This document shows positions 1 through 14,615 of a stretch of DNA of 64,000 bases, piece after piece. Under the pieces are notes generated by a model. The model had not been told where the DNA came from. It worked only from the letters and a program-made list of their open reading frames with translations, and made no database searches. This stretch comes from Callorhinchus milii (Eukaryota). The position numbers and the translations under genes are program-made. Where the stretch lies: assembly GCF_018977255.1 (NCBI RefSeq), contig NW_024704742.1:97838001-97902000 (forward strand), read 5' to 3'. How positions within the stretch are numbered: the stretch's first letter is position 1; the number at the start of each line of letters is the position of its first letter.

Positions 1-156
1 GCCTACATGAAGTCACCTTTACTGTTTGTACAGTAAACTATGGATAATTCAACACTCAGAGGGAAAAAGGCTTAGTGATGAGTCACCAGATATGACGAGT
101 TAGGCATAGATCCTCTGACTACAAGGCGTGCTATGAATACATACTGAATGTATGAA

Positions 157-712
157 CAACAACAATAAAATTACATTTGTAAAGCGCCTTTCACGTCGGG
201 AGGATGTCCTAAGGCACTGGACAGACAGAATTCCGGACGCAAGCTGGGGGCGGGGTGGGGAAGGGTGGAGGGCGGGCGGGAAGCAGGGAGATCAAAAGTA
301 TGGTTGAAGAGGAGGACCTTGAGATGAGTCTTGAACGTGGCAAGGGAGGGGGTGAGGCGGAGGAACTGTGGGATGGAGTTCCAGAGGGTGTGGGCAGAAT
401 GGCGGAATAGCCTGCCAATAATGGGGCGAGCAAGGCAGGGAACATGAAGCAGGCCGGAGCCCGCTGAGCAGAGAGAGTGACCAGGATAGTAGGGGGTTAG
501 GAGGTCACAGAGGTAGGGGGGAGCAAGACTGTGGAGGGCTTTGAAGGTGAGGACCAGGATCTTGAACTGTATCCTCCGTGTGATGGGAAGCCAGTAGAGT
601 TGGGCAAGGATGGGGATGATAGGGCCGTGGAACCTAGTGCAGGAGAGGACACGGGCTGCAGAGTTCTGGATGATCTGCAGCCTATGGGGGAAGGAGTGGG
701 GAGGCCGACAAG
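157..712 (-). mobile_element. L2 LINE 3' fragment
   Basis: Same body and tail as the 62722-63830 copy, with a (TTG)n-like tail. Confidence 0.85.
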
Positions 713-974
713 CAATCAGTCAAACACACACTGCACTTGTGCAGAGCACGCAGCTATCACTGTGACGGACCAACCCTGGTCCCCACGACTATCAGTTTAT
801 TTGTTAAAACTTCTTTAAGTATAAATTGATTTATTAAAACTTATGCTATCAGGCCTCTCAATCTAGCACCTGCTCGCTCCCAGAGACACTTCATCCAAAC
901 TTCAACACCCAACCTCCACCAAGTCACAGGATAGGGCAGGACACCACTGCAATGCAAGGTGCCATTCATACTAC

Positions 975-1525
975 AACTATAATTTGTATTTATATGGCGC
1001 CCTTCATGCAGGATAGTGTCTTGGAGAGCTTAACAATGGCAGACCCTGACACAGAGCCGGGGGAGGGAGGAGGTGACCGTAAGCCTGGTTGAAGAGGAAG
1101 ATCTTCCATAGTGATCTGAAAAGGGGAGCAAGTTGGAGGAAGAGAGTTCCAAAGATTCAGGCCTTAGGGGTTGAAAGCATAGTGGTCAATAGTGTAGCAG
1201 ATGGAATGCCGCAAGCGAAGGCCAGAGCCATCTGAACAAAGCCAGTGGATTGGAGAGTGAGCATGTTGGAGCGGTAGGAAGGTGCCAGTGTGTGAAGGGA
1301 TTTGTAGACAAGCGTGAGGATCTTGAAGTTGATCCTTTCTGGAATACGGAGCCAGCGGAGCCTGGAAAGGACTGGTGTGATGGATGTACGAGTTTACAGC
1401 AGAGTGATGGAAGTTTGGATTATTTGGATTTTGTGGATAGTGGAGCAGGGTATACCGGTGAGGATGGCGTTGGGAAAAATCGAGGCAGGAGGTAACAGTG
1501 AGTTCTGAGCTACAGGACGAGTTAT
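975..1525 (-). mobile_element. L2 LINE 3' fragment (older)
   Basis: L2-type tail (AAGGGCGCCATATAAATACAAATT on minus) and an IQIIQ-like ORF2 remnant. Confidence 0.75.
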
Positions 1526-2224
1526 CCAATCAATTTTACATTGCAAGTATCTTAGATGAATTTCTAGAATGAGACAAATTAAGTGTAAAGTGATGGCCCT
1601 TATTAATATTTTGCATGGGAAGCAGTTGGGATATTGATAGCACAACAACTTAAGTAATAGTGACGAGTTAAGCCAGGGTTAAGTTGTCTGGAGTTTACTG
1701 TATTTCAAAAGTAAACAGAAAACTATATTCTGGGTCTTGTGTTTTTCTCCCCTAAAAGATTTGTAAATAGCAAGTCCTGCAGAGGTACCTGGAGGATTTG
1801 CCTCAGGTGGTCTGTCTGAAACTCTCCTTAGAAACCAAACTCAGTTTCAACTTCCACGAAGCTGGCCTGCAGCCAAAGGAGTTCCTGGTACCTGGCATGC
1901 GATCATTGACCAAAAAGAGGGCCAACCTGGGGGATCTGACGTTTACAATTCCTCTGGCGAATATCATAAATTAGAACAGGCTGCTTATTTGTGGTTTTGG
2001 TAGCCGAATGTCTGACGCATATGGAAACCCATTGTCATGCTTAAGAATATCCAAATGAAATGGGAGTTGCAAATTTCTAAGTGTGGAAATTGCCTTACAT
2101 CTGGAATGAAATGTACACTCTCTCCCTGAAGGGACACATCGTGCTTACCCAATTCCAGAAGTTACAAAGCCGTACTCACCAGATTTCCCATATCTGCCTT
2201 CCACAATCTACAGAACATCCACAA

Positions 2225-2690
2225 CTCTGCAACTGGTTCCATGCTAGGCTCTGGAAGCCCATCATTCACCCATCCTCACTGGTCCCCACTGGCTCCACAT
2301 TCCCTAGTCAATCAACTTCAAGATCCTCATACTCACACAATTCACTCCACAGCCAATGTCCCACTTTCCTCTGTGACTACTACTCCAGCCACTCCATCTG
2401 CTCAAATACCTGCTTGCTTCATGTTCCCACCCAATCCTCCAAAGGCAGTGGATAAACCATTCTCCGCCCACACCCCCTCAACTCTCACAAACTAGATTGT
2501 GCAGAACCTCTATTCCTTGGCCCCACCCCTCTCTGCCTTCAAAGCCAGCCTCAAAATCTCTCTTTGGCCACCTTTCCCCTCCTCAGCCCCCACCCCTCCC
2601 ATGTACCCACTCAGGTTCCCAGTCAGCTATGTGAACTGCTCAGAGACAACCACCTGATGTGAATAGCGCTATAAAATTGTAAATTGGTGC
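2225..2690 (+). mobile_element. L2 LINE 3' fragment
   Basis: CACTGGCTCC (HWL) segment, CTTCAAGATCCTCAT, and tail GTGAATAGCGCTATAAAATTG. Confidence 0.7.
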
Positions 2691-3144
2691 TGTATTAGGT
2701 GCAGATTGGTGAGAGCCAAAGCCTAGAGACCCTAGAATGTACTTTAGAGCCCTGCTGGAGACATTTCCTAGCAATTTTATATTAAAAATGCTTCCCACAT
2801 ACTTCAGCTCTCCACTTATTAATTGGGAAGCCCAAATGGAACAACTGTCCAATCTATCAGATTATGCTCATTAAGCAGAGCCCATTAGTACCACTTAAAC
2901 ACACTGGAAATCAATTGGCACCTGACAACACATTAACTAGATCCATTTACAGCATCTATCCTGCAAGGACACAATCGTAACCAGTGCACAAGAACAATGC
3001 TGTATTGTCGGCAAGCAGTCGCCTTCAGATGACAGCCTTGGAACACAGTGTGAAAAGTTACTGGAAAGGAGAATGGGTTGTTCTAACAGTCTTAACCCTT
3101 GAAAAAGGGGCAGAACTATTTAGCCAACAGGTTCCTGTTTTCAA

Positions 3145-3720
3145 ATAACAACAACAAGGATTTATATAGCGCCCTCCACGCCGGACGGCGTCTCAGAGCG
3201 CTTTACAGTAACGGATCTCGGGACCGAGCCAGGGGGAGGAGGAGGAAGGTGACCAAAGGCGCGGTTGAAGAGAAAGGTCTTCAGCAGAGACCTGAAAATG
3301 GGAAGAGAGGGAGCGAGACGAAGGGAGTGAGGAAGGCAGTTCCAGAGCCTCGGGGTATAGTGGCTGAAGGCACAGCCGCCGAGGGTGGAGCGGAGGACTC
3401 GGGGGACGAGGAGGCCAGACCCGGAGGAATGGAGGCAACGGATACTGTTTTGAGGAGAGAGATCAGAAAGGTAGAGGGATGCAGAGGAATGCAGGGACTT
3501 GAATCAAAGGGTGAGGATCTTGAAATCGATCCTCTCTGGGACAGGCAGCCAGTGCAGTCTGGCGAGGACTGGGGTGATCAGGGAGCGGAGTTTCGTATGG
3601 GTGAGAATGCGGGCGCAGAGTTTTGAATGATTTGGATTTTATGGATGGTAGCGGATGGGAGACCGGCAAGGAGGGTGTTAAGAGTAGTCCAGCCGAATAC
3701 ACAAGGGAGAAGAGAAGCAG
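3145..3720 (-). mobile_element. L2 LINE 3' fragment, second tail subfamily
   Basis: Tail GAGACGCCGTCCGGCGTGGAGGGCGCTATATAAAT(TTG)n, shared with 43480-43645. Retains CpGs, so relatively young. Confidence 0.85.
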
Positions 3721-5029
3721 AGGTGCATTAAAGAAGCAGTGAAAACAGCAGCAATCCTTAATGCACAAGAGGAAATATCCTTTCAAAGCAACACAGGGAA
3801 CAATGCTTCTGGACTCTTCTTGAACAATTTTACATATATATTATATATAAAATTTATACACACACACACAACACCTTTCATATTGGGCGAGCTTTCAAAA
3901 TGCTTCGTAGAACTGACCAGGGGCCCGAGCTAGGGTGGGGGAGAAAAAGATGATCAAGAGCATGTTCGAAAAGGTCTTAACATGGGTTTAATTATTCAAT
4001 TGAAAAAATACAAATGTTTCTCATTTGGACAGGATAGTATAACATCAACATAAAATATACATTAAAAAATTGATTTCATGAAGGTGAAGCTCCAAGATTT
4101 TAATATCGTAACGATTGAAAGGAACAAAAATAAAATAAGTCGAGCACTGTAGTTGTAAGGCAATGCCGAGCTTGTATGGGAGAAGAAAGCAGTTTCCGGC
4201 TCAACAATGTTTCAGAAAACAATGTTAAGAACAGAAGATAATGAAAGACTTTAGATGTTAACAGTGAGGATGTAGAGAGATGAGATAGCATGTGCAGTCA
4301 CCTGATTGATGTGCACAAGGAATGTTTGGAGGAACAGCATCTATAATTAGTGATCACTTTTCATGACAGTAGAATAAATATGAACAAGCTTCCAAGAGAT
4401 TAGTGAAGATGGGCTGAGTGCCAATGGATAAAGAGACAAAAATAGGCTGGAGATCAAATGGTGGGTTATCACGTGGACCAGAAACCTTATTTAGGTTCAG
4501 AAGATCCAGCAGGTATGGCAAAAAGAAACCTGACATCACAACAAAATAAGGAATGAAGGGTTCTGAGGAAAGAATCATACTTGGAATCATAAAAATTTAC
4601 AGCACAGAAGGCCATTTGGCCCACCGTGGTCCAAGTGTACAAATCAGTGCCACTAAGAAATCGATCCCAGCTCAAAGGCTGGGTTCGATCCCTTACACTG
4701 ACAAGTTTATTTGCTAATTGACCTGTTCTCAATGTATCAAGTTGGTATGAAGCTCTTCCAGAGATCCAGCATAGAAATAACAGGCAAATGGCCTTCATGG
4801 TGAAACATTCTAACCAATGCTTCCTTGGTTCGGTGGGATCCCAATTGAAGCTTTCAGTAAAATTAGATATATTGTATGATGATATTGAAGCTTAAGGAAG
4901 AAAGCAGCTAAAGGTTTGTAACAAATGGGAATTTACGGGCTGTGTTGTCATAAGTCACCTACAAAAAAGTCACTGCACTTCACAGTAAAAATACTATGAA
5001 GTATTTGAGATACTGTACTATCGATGGTC

Positions 5030-5245
5030 AAGCCTTCGACCTCTCTGCCCCCACCCTTTGGAGCTACGTCCCAGCCCCTTCGCCGCTCTCCCTCCCTTGC
5101 TTCCTTCAAGGCACAGCTTGGATCCCTCCTCTTCGACCGCGCCTTCAGCCACCCACCTCGTCTCCCTGAATACAACCTCCCCTGCTTGGTCCAAAACACT
5201 GACTGTCCTCCCGACATGAAAGGCGCTATACAAATGTAATTTTCT
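5030..5245 (+). mobile_element. L2 LINE 3' end
   Basis: Tail CTCCCGACATGAAAGGCGCTATACAAATG and the matching pyrimidine-rich 3' region. Confidence 0.8.
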
Positions 5246-6477
5246 ATTTTATCAAATGCAAGAATCATTTTTTTAAATAAAAGATTTGTTAAAGAATGTA
5301 ATGCAACTGCATTGTCCAGTTGGTCAATAGAAACAATGTTTCATATTTACATATTTGTAGTCTATTGAAGCAAACAGTTTACTGTACAAAAATAACCACA
5401 ACTTCCTCAGTTTAAAAAAACACAGCTATCTGAACTTTAGCAACAGTAAAACAATAGATTCATACCAGATTAAATGTTCGGGTTTACTTTGCTCAGTGGT
5501 TAGCATTGGAGTCGACCAGGAGATCCCTGGTCACTAGCTGCAGACCAACCTAAACGGCTACAAGACAGCAGAGGCCAAGTGGGTACTGATGCGTCAAGGG
5601 TGGAGAAACGAGATATTTCACGATCAGCACAAAATCGAGAGGTGGACGAAAGTCAAGAAACTAAATGGTGTAAAATGACCTTAGTCACAGAAGAATTTCA
5701 CCTATTCATTTTAGCTACCATGCATCATAAAACAATGCATAACAAATCCATAGGCTGAAATAATTTTTTAATCAATTCTTTACATAAAGTAGGTGGACCC
5801 AGTCTAACGTTTTTTTTCTAAATGATTGCTTCCAATACCCTTAATTTGTACCTCAATATTTTCTTAAATAAATGCTCTTACTAAACCAACTCATCAAACA
5901 AGCAATATGTACCCAAAACACAGCACAGCATCACACATGGATATACACTGCAAGGCCCTGGTACTTCAATTGGATGATACTTGGAAGTAATCCCAGATTG
6001 TTACTGCAAAGTAAAATGGGCAGCAAAAACCCAAAGACAAAGTGAAATCTGGATCAAATTTCCACTAATTTTCTCACTTTTAGTCCATGATTGAATTGCA
6101 GATAACACATTGACAAAGATGCTGCATAGTACAATGGCAAGATAGTGATGCTGAAATACAGTGTTCACAACATGATTTGTAAACACTGAATTATGCTACT
6201 TGTTGCAAGAGTCACAAGAACACTACTTGTTTCTTTCAGGATACGTTGCAGTGGTGTTCCCATAAGTCATCAGTTCTAAATAGGATTAAAGCTTTTTACA
6301 TGTCTATGACCCCAGTAAATTTTCTTAATTTAAAATCATTTTTACTTTGAATGATAAATGTTTGGAGCATTATGAAGATGTGTAGTGGCCAAAACATTAG
6401 GATGAATCAAACCTTGAATAGGTGCTGTTAGTTGAGATTTTATGTTTGTATTCCAATAAATCTCAGGAATTCCCATA

Positions 6478-6795
6478 TAATAATAATCCTTGCATTTGAT
6501 GTAACGATTTTCACCTCTTCTAGATGTCTCAAAGTGTTTCACAGAATATACCATAAAGTGAATTGACTGTATATTCGTGGGCGAAATGTGGGAGCCAATT
6601 GCGCACAGCAGTGTCCCACAAACAACTGTAGATTGAGTGACCAAATTATTATTTTGGGAGGGGGGGGGGGTGGTTGGGGATTATTATCCCCAGAAAAGCG
6701 ATCCACCAATCGATTAACAACTGGATTCCTACTTAATACTAGGTAAACAGAAACATGTGGAGTAAGGAAACTTGCCCAACATTTCGCCCTGCTGA
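6478..6795 (-). mobile_element. 5'-truncated SINE (long form)
   Basis: Core and tail of the same family, head missing. Confidence 0.8.
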
Positions 6796-9700
6796 GGTGA
6801 GATGCATGGAATTCAGTCTGGTTTGATTACTCTTAAACATAGTGATGGTTTCCACACAAGTCAGTCATCCAACTGACCAAAAGAGAATTTATGTATTATA
6901 GAGATCCATTACTCTGGGGTGTATGGTCTTCCCTAACCATTAACTTTTTTTTAAAAAAAGCATTCATGGTGTTAACCCAGTATGCCTTCCATCAGCTCAG
7001 GCACACTTAATCTTCAAATCTGAATCACACAGACAGGACCTGTGGCTATAAGTGTGCTGCCAGTGATGTTCATTATTAGGTCAATGGTTTCTGGAGTGTT
7101 CAATCACTTCATGTCAGACTGACACAAGCATCACAAGCTCACGATGAGAATGCAGCTTTGTGACGATCTTGCTCCTGTCACTACAATAAAGAGAGATATT
7201 GAACCAATAGAACTGTGGTTCGAGAGAAATAGTTGTAGAAGGGTTAAAGCGAAGGTTAGAAGATTAGTGCAGAGAACTATTGGATACGTTACCACCAGTA
7301 GTTATTGGAGCCGAAGCCTGATAAACAGTTAAAAAGGAACAATATAAAAAGTTCCAGAAAATATGAAAAATTTGGACTTGAACAGCTGCCTTCAGTGGAG
7401 AAGTTTGCATAGGTTCAATTACTTCCTTCCATGTTGTAATTTGTAAGATTCGATGAGCCATCCGATGAAGCCATCACCTGAGTTGATTAAAGACTCAAGC
7501 ATTCAAGGCAGTATGGCTACGAAGTGAAATGTTAGAAGGCAAATTGACTGCAACGACACAGGAGTGGCAGAGAAACTCGATGACACCTGCGGCAAGTTTA
7601 AATTACAATAGGATGAGCAGAAGAACATGCAAGTGATTTTAGCTCATCTTTCATCGTCTCAGCTTTTTGGGCCTCTGGATTATCAGCTGGGAATTTGAGA
7701 ATGCAGTTTTTTTAAGTATACAAAAATTCCAAACAAAACATGTTTTTGTATTGTTCAAGCAGAGATGATCTTGGGGAGCTAATTGTCCCCTCACCTGATA
7801 TTCAAAGAAGTGTGTCCTCCACTGATAGTGTGAGCGAGATAGTACCTGAATGCACTTACAAAATGGTGGGGAAACAATGATGCAAAACATGCTCCACTAC
7901 TCCTCCCCAACCAAACCCTTCCTAGCTCAGGGAATATTGATCCTAATGAGTGCCCAAGGTAGCTCCTAATCTGGTTAGTGCAGTAAATACAGTACAGGCC
8001 TTTCACCCACTGAGCCATGAAAACAAAATCAAGATTTGATTTTAAATTTAGCCATCATACCAGGACTCGAAAAAATCACAGCTTTGGGAAATTTTACAAT
8101 CAAGAACACAGAATTGCATTAGTAATTTCTAATTTATTTAAAAGTTGGTGGTCCCTTGTTAGTATCACCACTGAGCAGCAAGGATTCAATATTTAGCCCC
8201 AGTATCCCTAACCTAGTAGCTAGATTGGGCAGGAAAATTTAAAGAGTTCCACTACTATATTATTAGATTATAGTGTATTTCCGATCTTGGCTTAATTTGT
8301 CACTACCAATAGTCTTCATGCTGTCGATATCCCAGCCACATTTATTTATACATATGCCAAATGCACCACTCTGGATAACTCATCACTGAGACCTTTACCC
8401 TTGGAGCAACGAGTTATCTGGTGTGTTCTGTAATTCAATGTAGCGCTGAATGGTGGAAATTTTTTAAAAATGTTTATAAAATTATTGCACTGGCATTTAC
8501 TAATCTGCATTTATGCAATGCTCCCCAGAAAGGGGAGCTGAGGTTAAGGAAAAAATTAAGCGAAAACGGGGGAAAAAAAATACAACTGCTTTCTAAGTAC
8601 AGGAGGAATAAGGATATGGTTACAAAACAACTTTTCTATGAACAAAGTAGCCAGTATAACTAAACAAGCACTCTTTAGATTACTTAAAACCTGGCTAATG
8701 TTTGCATAAATGTGATTCACTTGAAGAGATTGTGAGCGATAGCTGTGACGAAGAAGCGCCCACAGCAACTGCTGGAGTCAGAACCACATAAAAGCAACAG
8801 AAACCTTTGAGTAATGAATTTGCTAGTTTGTACGGCTTGAAAGATGAGGCCAGGAACTTTGCTGCCAGATTCCTGGGAGTCACTGTACACACTATAGTGC
8901 AGCTTCAGCCAAGAGCAGCCACTTTGAGCACTGGATATTTCACACCCTGGTACTCTATCTCACATGAACACTCAGACTCATCCACTATATTTTTTTTGAA
9001 TGCGCCCAGTCAGTTGTAGGCACCCACAAAATACACAGTCAATCCGCTTTACAATATATTCGGTTGAGAGATTTGAGACGCCTAATGACATGATAAGGCA
9101 CTAAATCAAATGTAAGTTATTATTTTCATCTTCAAGTCTATTTGTGGGGCATTGCTCTGTGCAAATTGGTTGCCGTGTTCTTCTACTAAACACAGTTATT
9201 ACACAGTATTTCCTGCAAAATGTTTTGAGACATCCTCCCAATGTGAAACGTGCTGCATTAAATATAAGGAATAATTAATTGAATGTTGTCTAATTTTATC
9301 TCGTGAAATGTGGTGTATCACTTAAAAATGATAGTTTGGACTAAAAATACATTGAAATAAAATTCAAGCTGTCGCTACTTCAACAGTAGCAACTTGTATC
9401 ATCTTAATGTCTTTTGTGTGCAAAAAACAGTGCTTGAGGAACGCATTAACCTTAGAACAGGGTAAGGAAAGGTGATCAATTTATCTGCTCCATCAAAAAA
9501 GCGGTTTGGATTAACACATCCCTTCAGCCTATCTGATCTCATCGTTCCAGAATACCCATCCTACCATCTTCCCATCACAGTATCAAGTTTGTTTTTAAAA
9601 ATGATTCCAGTACCTGGGCATCAACCACTCTTCCTGTTAACCAGTTGTTAATTACCCTCTGGGTAAAGAAATAATTCCCGATATCTATCATCCAATTACC

Positions 9701-9854
9701 CTTTGCAACTCTAAACCCATGTTCTCTTGTTCTACTGCCTTTGTACATCCTAACATATTGTTCATTTTCAGTTCAATTTAACAGTCTTATACACCCCTTT
9801 CCTTTCAAGACTGAAGAACGCTAACTTGTCTGATCACTGCTTAAAGCTCAACTT

Positions 9855-10140
9855 TCCAAGGTTTGGATCATCCTCATCACTTTCCTCTGCATTGCATCTT
9901 GGGCCTTATCAACCTGTCCGCTCCCTCCGCTCCGGCCTGCTCCATGTCCCCCAGCCGGCCCGCCCCACCCCACCCTCGGCGGGTGGGCCTTCAGCCTCTC
10001 TGCCCCCACCCTCTGGAAATCCATCCCAAATTCCCTTCGCTCCCCTCCCTCCTTCAAAGCACGCCTCAAGATACTCTTCTTTGTCCATGCCTTCGGCCAC
10101 CCTCCACCACCCCTGATCCCAACCCCCGCCCCACCCGCTT
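9855..10140 (+). mobile_element. L2 LINE 3' fragment
   Basis: Reverse complement of the same body seen at 45555-45995. Confidence 0.75.
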
Positions 10141-13100
10141 AATAATTCTCCTGCTGTTTGGACCACTTCTGCTTCTTCCCCTTCAGTCAATTCTGAATCC
10201 ATGTCCACGTCTAATCAAAGATGTATGTTTTAATGGAGGTTTTTTTGGAGGCAGAGAGATAACACAAGGCAAAGTTGTGGTAACAGAGCTCAAGAGGTTT
10301 GTTGGGTGAAGGCTCAACAACCAATTCAGTGAAGTGGAAAGGAAGCAAGAGCCAACAGGTAGAAGACCAGTTGTTACAGACTGGAAAAGCTCTATAGATA
10401 GAGTGGAGCAAAACAATACACAGGTTTGTAGACCAGGAAAAGGATCTTGAACTTGATCCTTTATTGTTAAGTATGAAATATGAAACTTCTAGACTGAGCA
10501 AATGCTGAGTTTAATTGTCCAGTAATTTAATAGCCTTTGTTTCGTTTTCCTCTCCTTCTCCATTACCAATGTTAGATATAAGCAACCAAGACTTCATAAA
10601 TGTTTTAATAACATTGGTTCTGCAACTTTTAGTTATAGAGCAAAGACAGCTATGAAACAGCTGTATGGAGAGATGCAACAACAATAATCATGAATCCCAC
10701 TCGAGGGACTTTAATCCCACTTCAAGCACTCAGAGATGCCCCCCTGGGTAGAGGGAGCTACAATAAATAAAGCTGTTGCTGTTGTACGTTATTCACATAA
10801 AATCGGCAAGACCCAAAATAAAATGGAAAGACAGATGCTGGAAATTCCACAACACAGCAGTCAGCATCTGAAAAGAGAAAGAATCCTACAACAGAAACCT
10901 TTGGTGATGAGACCATATCCTCAACCAGTCTTCACATTAAGTAGTGCGCATCCACACACGCTCTTCATACAACTATTGTTCATTTAACAAGCTAAGTGCT
11001 GATAGGAACTGGAGAAAAATGCACAGTCCAAAGTTTGCAACCCCAATGAAGAAGACCAGACTACCGATAGAGGGTTCTGACCCCCACAGATGATTCGATA
11101 AACAGAGTTGTTTCAAAGTAATAAATGTAAATCACAATTTTTGTTTCTTACTGTTGAATCTTCCACCTCTCCCCTACCCCACCCACCCACCAATCTAGCC
11201 ATCTCAGGAAGTGGGTGAAGTGGAATGAGCCAGTACTGTATAATAAAAAAAATTGCCAGCAAAAAGGTACTGAGAAACAGAACAAAAAATGACAACTAGT
11301 AACATTGGAGACAATCTTTACATTGTTTGAGGCAATAACCTGCCTTGTGAACTTTGCAACACCAAAGACAGGACTGCCAAGGGCAATACCACTGTAAGAT
11401 GATTGAAAATGCATCACTAGGAGAGGGGGAAGACGGTGGAATGAAAAAGGAGAAAGAGCACTGTCCAACCAGAGGCAGGGAATCGTAACCTCTTCCACAA
11501 GTATCTTACTCTGATATAGAAAACACATGGCTTCATAAAACAGAGGGGTGGGAGGATATGGAGAATTTACATTTTCACACATTCCTCCTGATCAGTTTCA
11601 GTGGAGGTGCAGCACTCCATTCACTTCATGAAGGACCTGTGTACAACAGCAAGGTCAGCTTTTCAGGAACACGTGGTAATGTGCTCCCACCTCAGAGCAG
11701 TGTGCCCAGCCGAAAGCTCCAGACCAGAGCTTGAAACCACTCACATTTAGTGCCACAATAAAATACTTGTTTGTGGTCACTGTTTTCCTTCTGCTTTGGG
11801 GCTTTAGAGGAACATGTGCGTATCAGCCACTGACAGAAAATGCTGCTCTGTTAAGAGTATTTATTGACAGCCAAACAAATGTTTGATTGAGCAAGGAAGC
11901 ATACACACATATCCAACAACAGTGCAAACAAACCCGCTTAAAGGGGCCTCTGTAATGCCAAAAGCTACAGCAAAACAAGCAGAGTGAATGGATCATAAAA
12001 CATCAAACATTACACCGATTCAGAAAGAATGATTCTATACTCAGAAACCATACTCAGGGGATGTGGTGAATTCAGCCTAAGTCACAGATATCATTATTAT
12101 GTAATGATACAAAAGTTAAAATTATAAACGCTTTTTTTAAAAAATTAACCAATCTAAGAACCTCTGTATTTATGATAAGATTTATTTGGGGGTAAAATTC
12201 TACCTGGATCTAGATTTATTCTATTAATATAGCATTGCTAAGTGCACAGAAATTTGGCAAATTCTTAAATGCAATCTTAATTTTGAAGCTGTTTTTCTGC
12301 AAGTTCTTTTAAGAACCACAGAAAACAATTCAAAAGGGAGACTGAATTCAGCAATTTACTAGATTTTGGATGTTCTGAGAGNAAAAAAAGTTTACAGATA
12401 AAGAGCTTCAAAATAAGGTCATATTTAAGAAGTTGCCAAATTCTAACTTTTGTGTTTTATTTTATGTGCATTGACCAGCATGGCAAAATACCCTGATTTC
12501 CCAGTTTGTTATTTACCATTGCAAAATAGCATGCAAATACGTGCACACAAGTGCTAGCAAATATGAGACAGACAAATATTGGCTTCAGTACCAGTTGTTT
12601 TGGTGGGTGGGTGGGTGGTGGGGGAAGGAAAGAAGAAAACTGAAGAGAAGAAAATATAAATTTAGCAAGGAAAAAGAAAAAGTGATTTTCTATCCACTGT
12701 TATTTTCTGGCACGAACAGAATGCATCAAGTGTGGACAGGATGGATCTCTGCAATAAAGCCCTCCTAATTCACAGACCTAGACATAGTAGTATTTTACTT
12801 CCATTTCTTTAAGAATAATGTAAGCTATTGAGAGACAACAGTGAGGCAATTCTGAATGAAGTGGGTACCTTTGCTATTAAGGTTAATGTACCATAAACCT
12901 ATATAGAAAAGATATAGAAGAGAAAAGATTAATGTACTATTAACCTGACTAACCTATTACCACAGACATTGTCCTGTCGTCTTGGGCACATACTAAACAT
13001 TGTGGTTAGGGCTTATCAGTGATCATGCTCGATTACAATTGAGGTTTGGGTATAATCTTAAACAGGAGAAAAGGAAAGAAGGCACACTTAACTCTCAAAT

Positions 13101-13724
13101 ATCCAAATAAGGATTAAAAGGCACGAGGCCTCTGCTGCAGAGAGTACAATTAAATACTGTGGAACATGTACTTAAAATTCCGGGACCCATAATTTTAGGA
13201 GGACTTGTGTAGCAATAAGCTCCTAAATGTAATGTGCTTTTTAATTAAAAGCTTGGTTTAAACGAGATGGCATTTTATGGATCAAAAAATCCAGATGGGA
13301 ACAAGTCCAATTCTACATTGGAACGTTAAGTGCAGGAGCTGATAGAACAGACAATTTATGTGTTGAAGGACCACCCTTAATACAAAACATCCTGGGTGGA
13401 CTTTATACAAGCAACGTTTTTTTTTCTATTCAGCTGCAAAAGAGCCATATATTCTCAGATCCAATTTGCACATTGGGTTAGTTGTTTGGATGATATTACT
13501 GCTCTTGGCCTCAGCATCCAGACTGGGGAACTCGGGGAAGGATGGGGTGAAAGAATGGGGCAGGGGTGGCTGGCGAAAAAGAGGAGAAACATGGTACCCA
13601 CCCAATGACCTCCAGTCTTACTCTCGCTCTCTGAAACCACCACCACCAACCTTCCAAGCAAATGCATTTTTTGTTTCAAGTGGATAAGGCTCGCCTGACA
13701 CTAATCAGCTAAACCTATTAATGT

Positions 13725-14090
13725 AGGTTCATAATCCTCATCCTCGCCTTCAAGACCCTCATGGCCTTGCTCCTTCCTACCTCTGTGACCTACTAACCCC
13801 ATATCAACCCGTCTGCTCCGATCGCTTAGCAGGCTCTGGCTTACTCCATGTTACCCGCCCAGCTCACCATCGGCAATCGGGCCTCCAGCCTCTCTGCCTT
13901 TGGAACTCCATCCTACATTCCCTTTGCTCCCTCCCTTGCCTTCTCAAAACTCTCCACTTCATCCACACCTTCAGCCACCCTCCTACCGTCCCTGATCCCA
14001 GCCGCCCTGCTGAGGTCCAATTCGCTGACTGTCCAGTACCTTGGGACGTACTCCTCATAGGAAAGGCACTATACAAATGTAATTTTATAT
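13725..14090 (+). mobile_element. L2 LINE 3' fragment
   Basis: Same body. Tail TTGGGACGTACTCCTCATAGGAAAGGCACTATACAAATG. Confidence 0.8.
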
Positions 14091-14189
14091 TGCATGTGCT
14101 CATGGTCTAGGCTAGCACATATGGTACAAGGAGACTGGCATCAACCACATGAAACCCAAATGAAGAGGGGGGTAGGAGAGAAAAAGAGG

Positions 14190-14615
14190 AAATCAGGAAA
14201 ACTGACCAGGAAGTGATACTAAAGTCATGCCATCTGTAAACTTTTTCTAGACTGGACAAACCGAGTTTTCCCGAGAACAGAACGTTGAGCAGAAATCTAT
14301 TAGAGGTATTTAAATCCTCTGCGAGGTTTGGAAAACGTACAGAGGAATTTCCACTGGCCAACGAGATGGTAACTAGAAAACACAGATTTAAGGTAATTAC
14401 CAGAAAAGCAAAGAGATCAGTTCGATTTTTTTATTTTATTAAACACAGAGGACATGGAATTCCCTACCTGAAACTATGATTGAGGCAGAATCCACATTAG
14501 CTTTTAAGAGGGAATTACATAAATGTCTGAAAAGGATAAACATATAAAAAGATCTGGAGAAATGGACTAAAACAGTTAGCTCTTTCAGATACCCAGCACA
14601 GGCAGATTGGGCAAA
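14190..14615 (+). mobile_element. CR1 LINE 3' fragment
   Basis: L.EVFK, TRKHRFKV and FKRELHK-type remnants followed by a CR1-like 3'UTR. Confidence 0.7.

Noticed and set aside
12382..12382. Ambiguous base n (also at 45364)
   Set aside because: Assembly ambiguity next to homopolymers, not biological.
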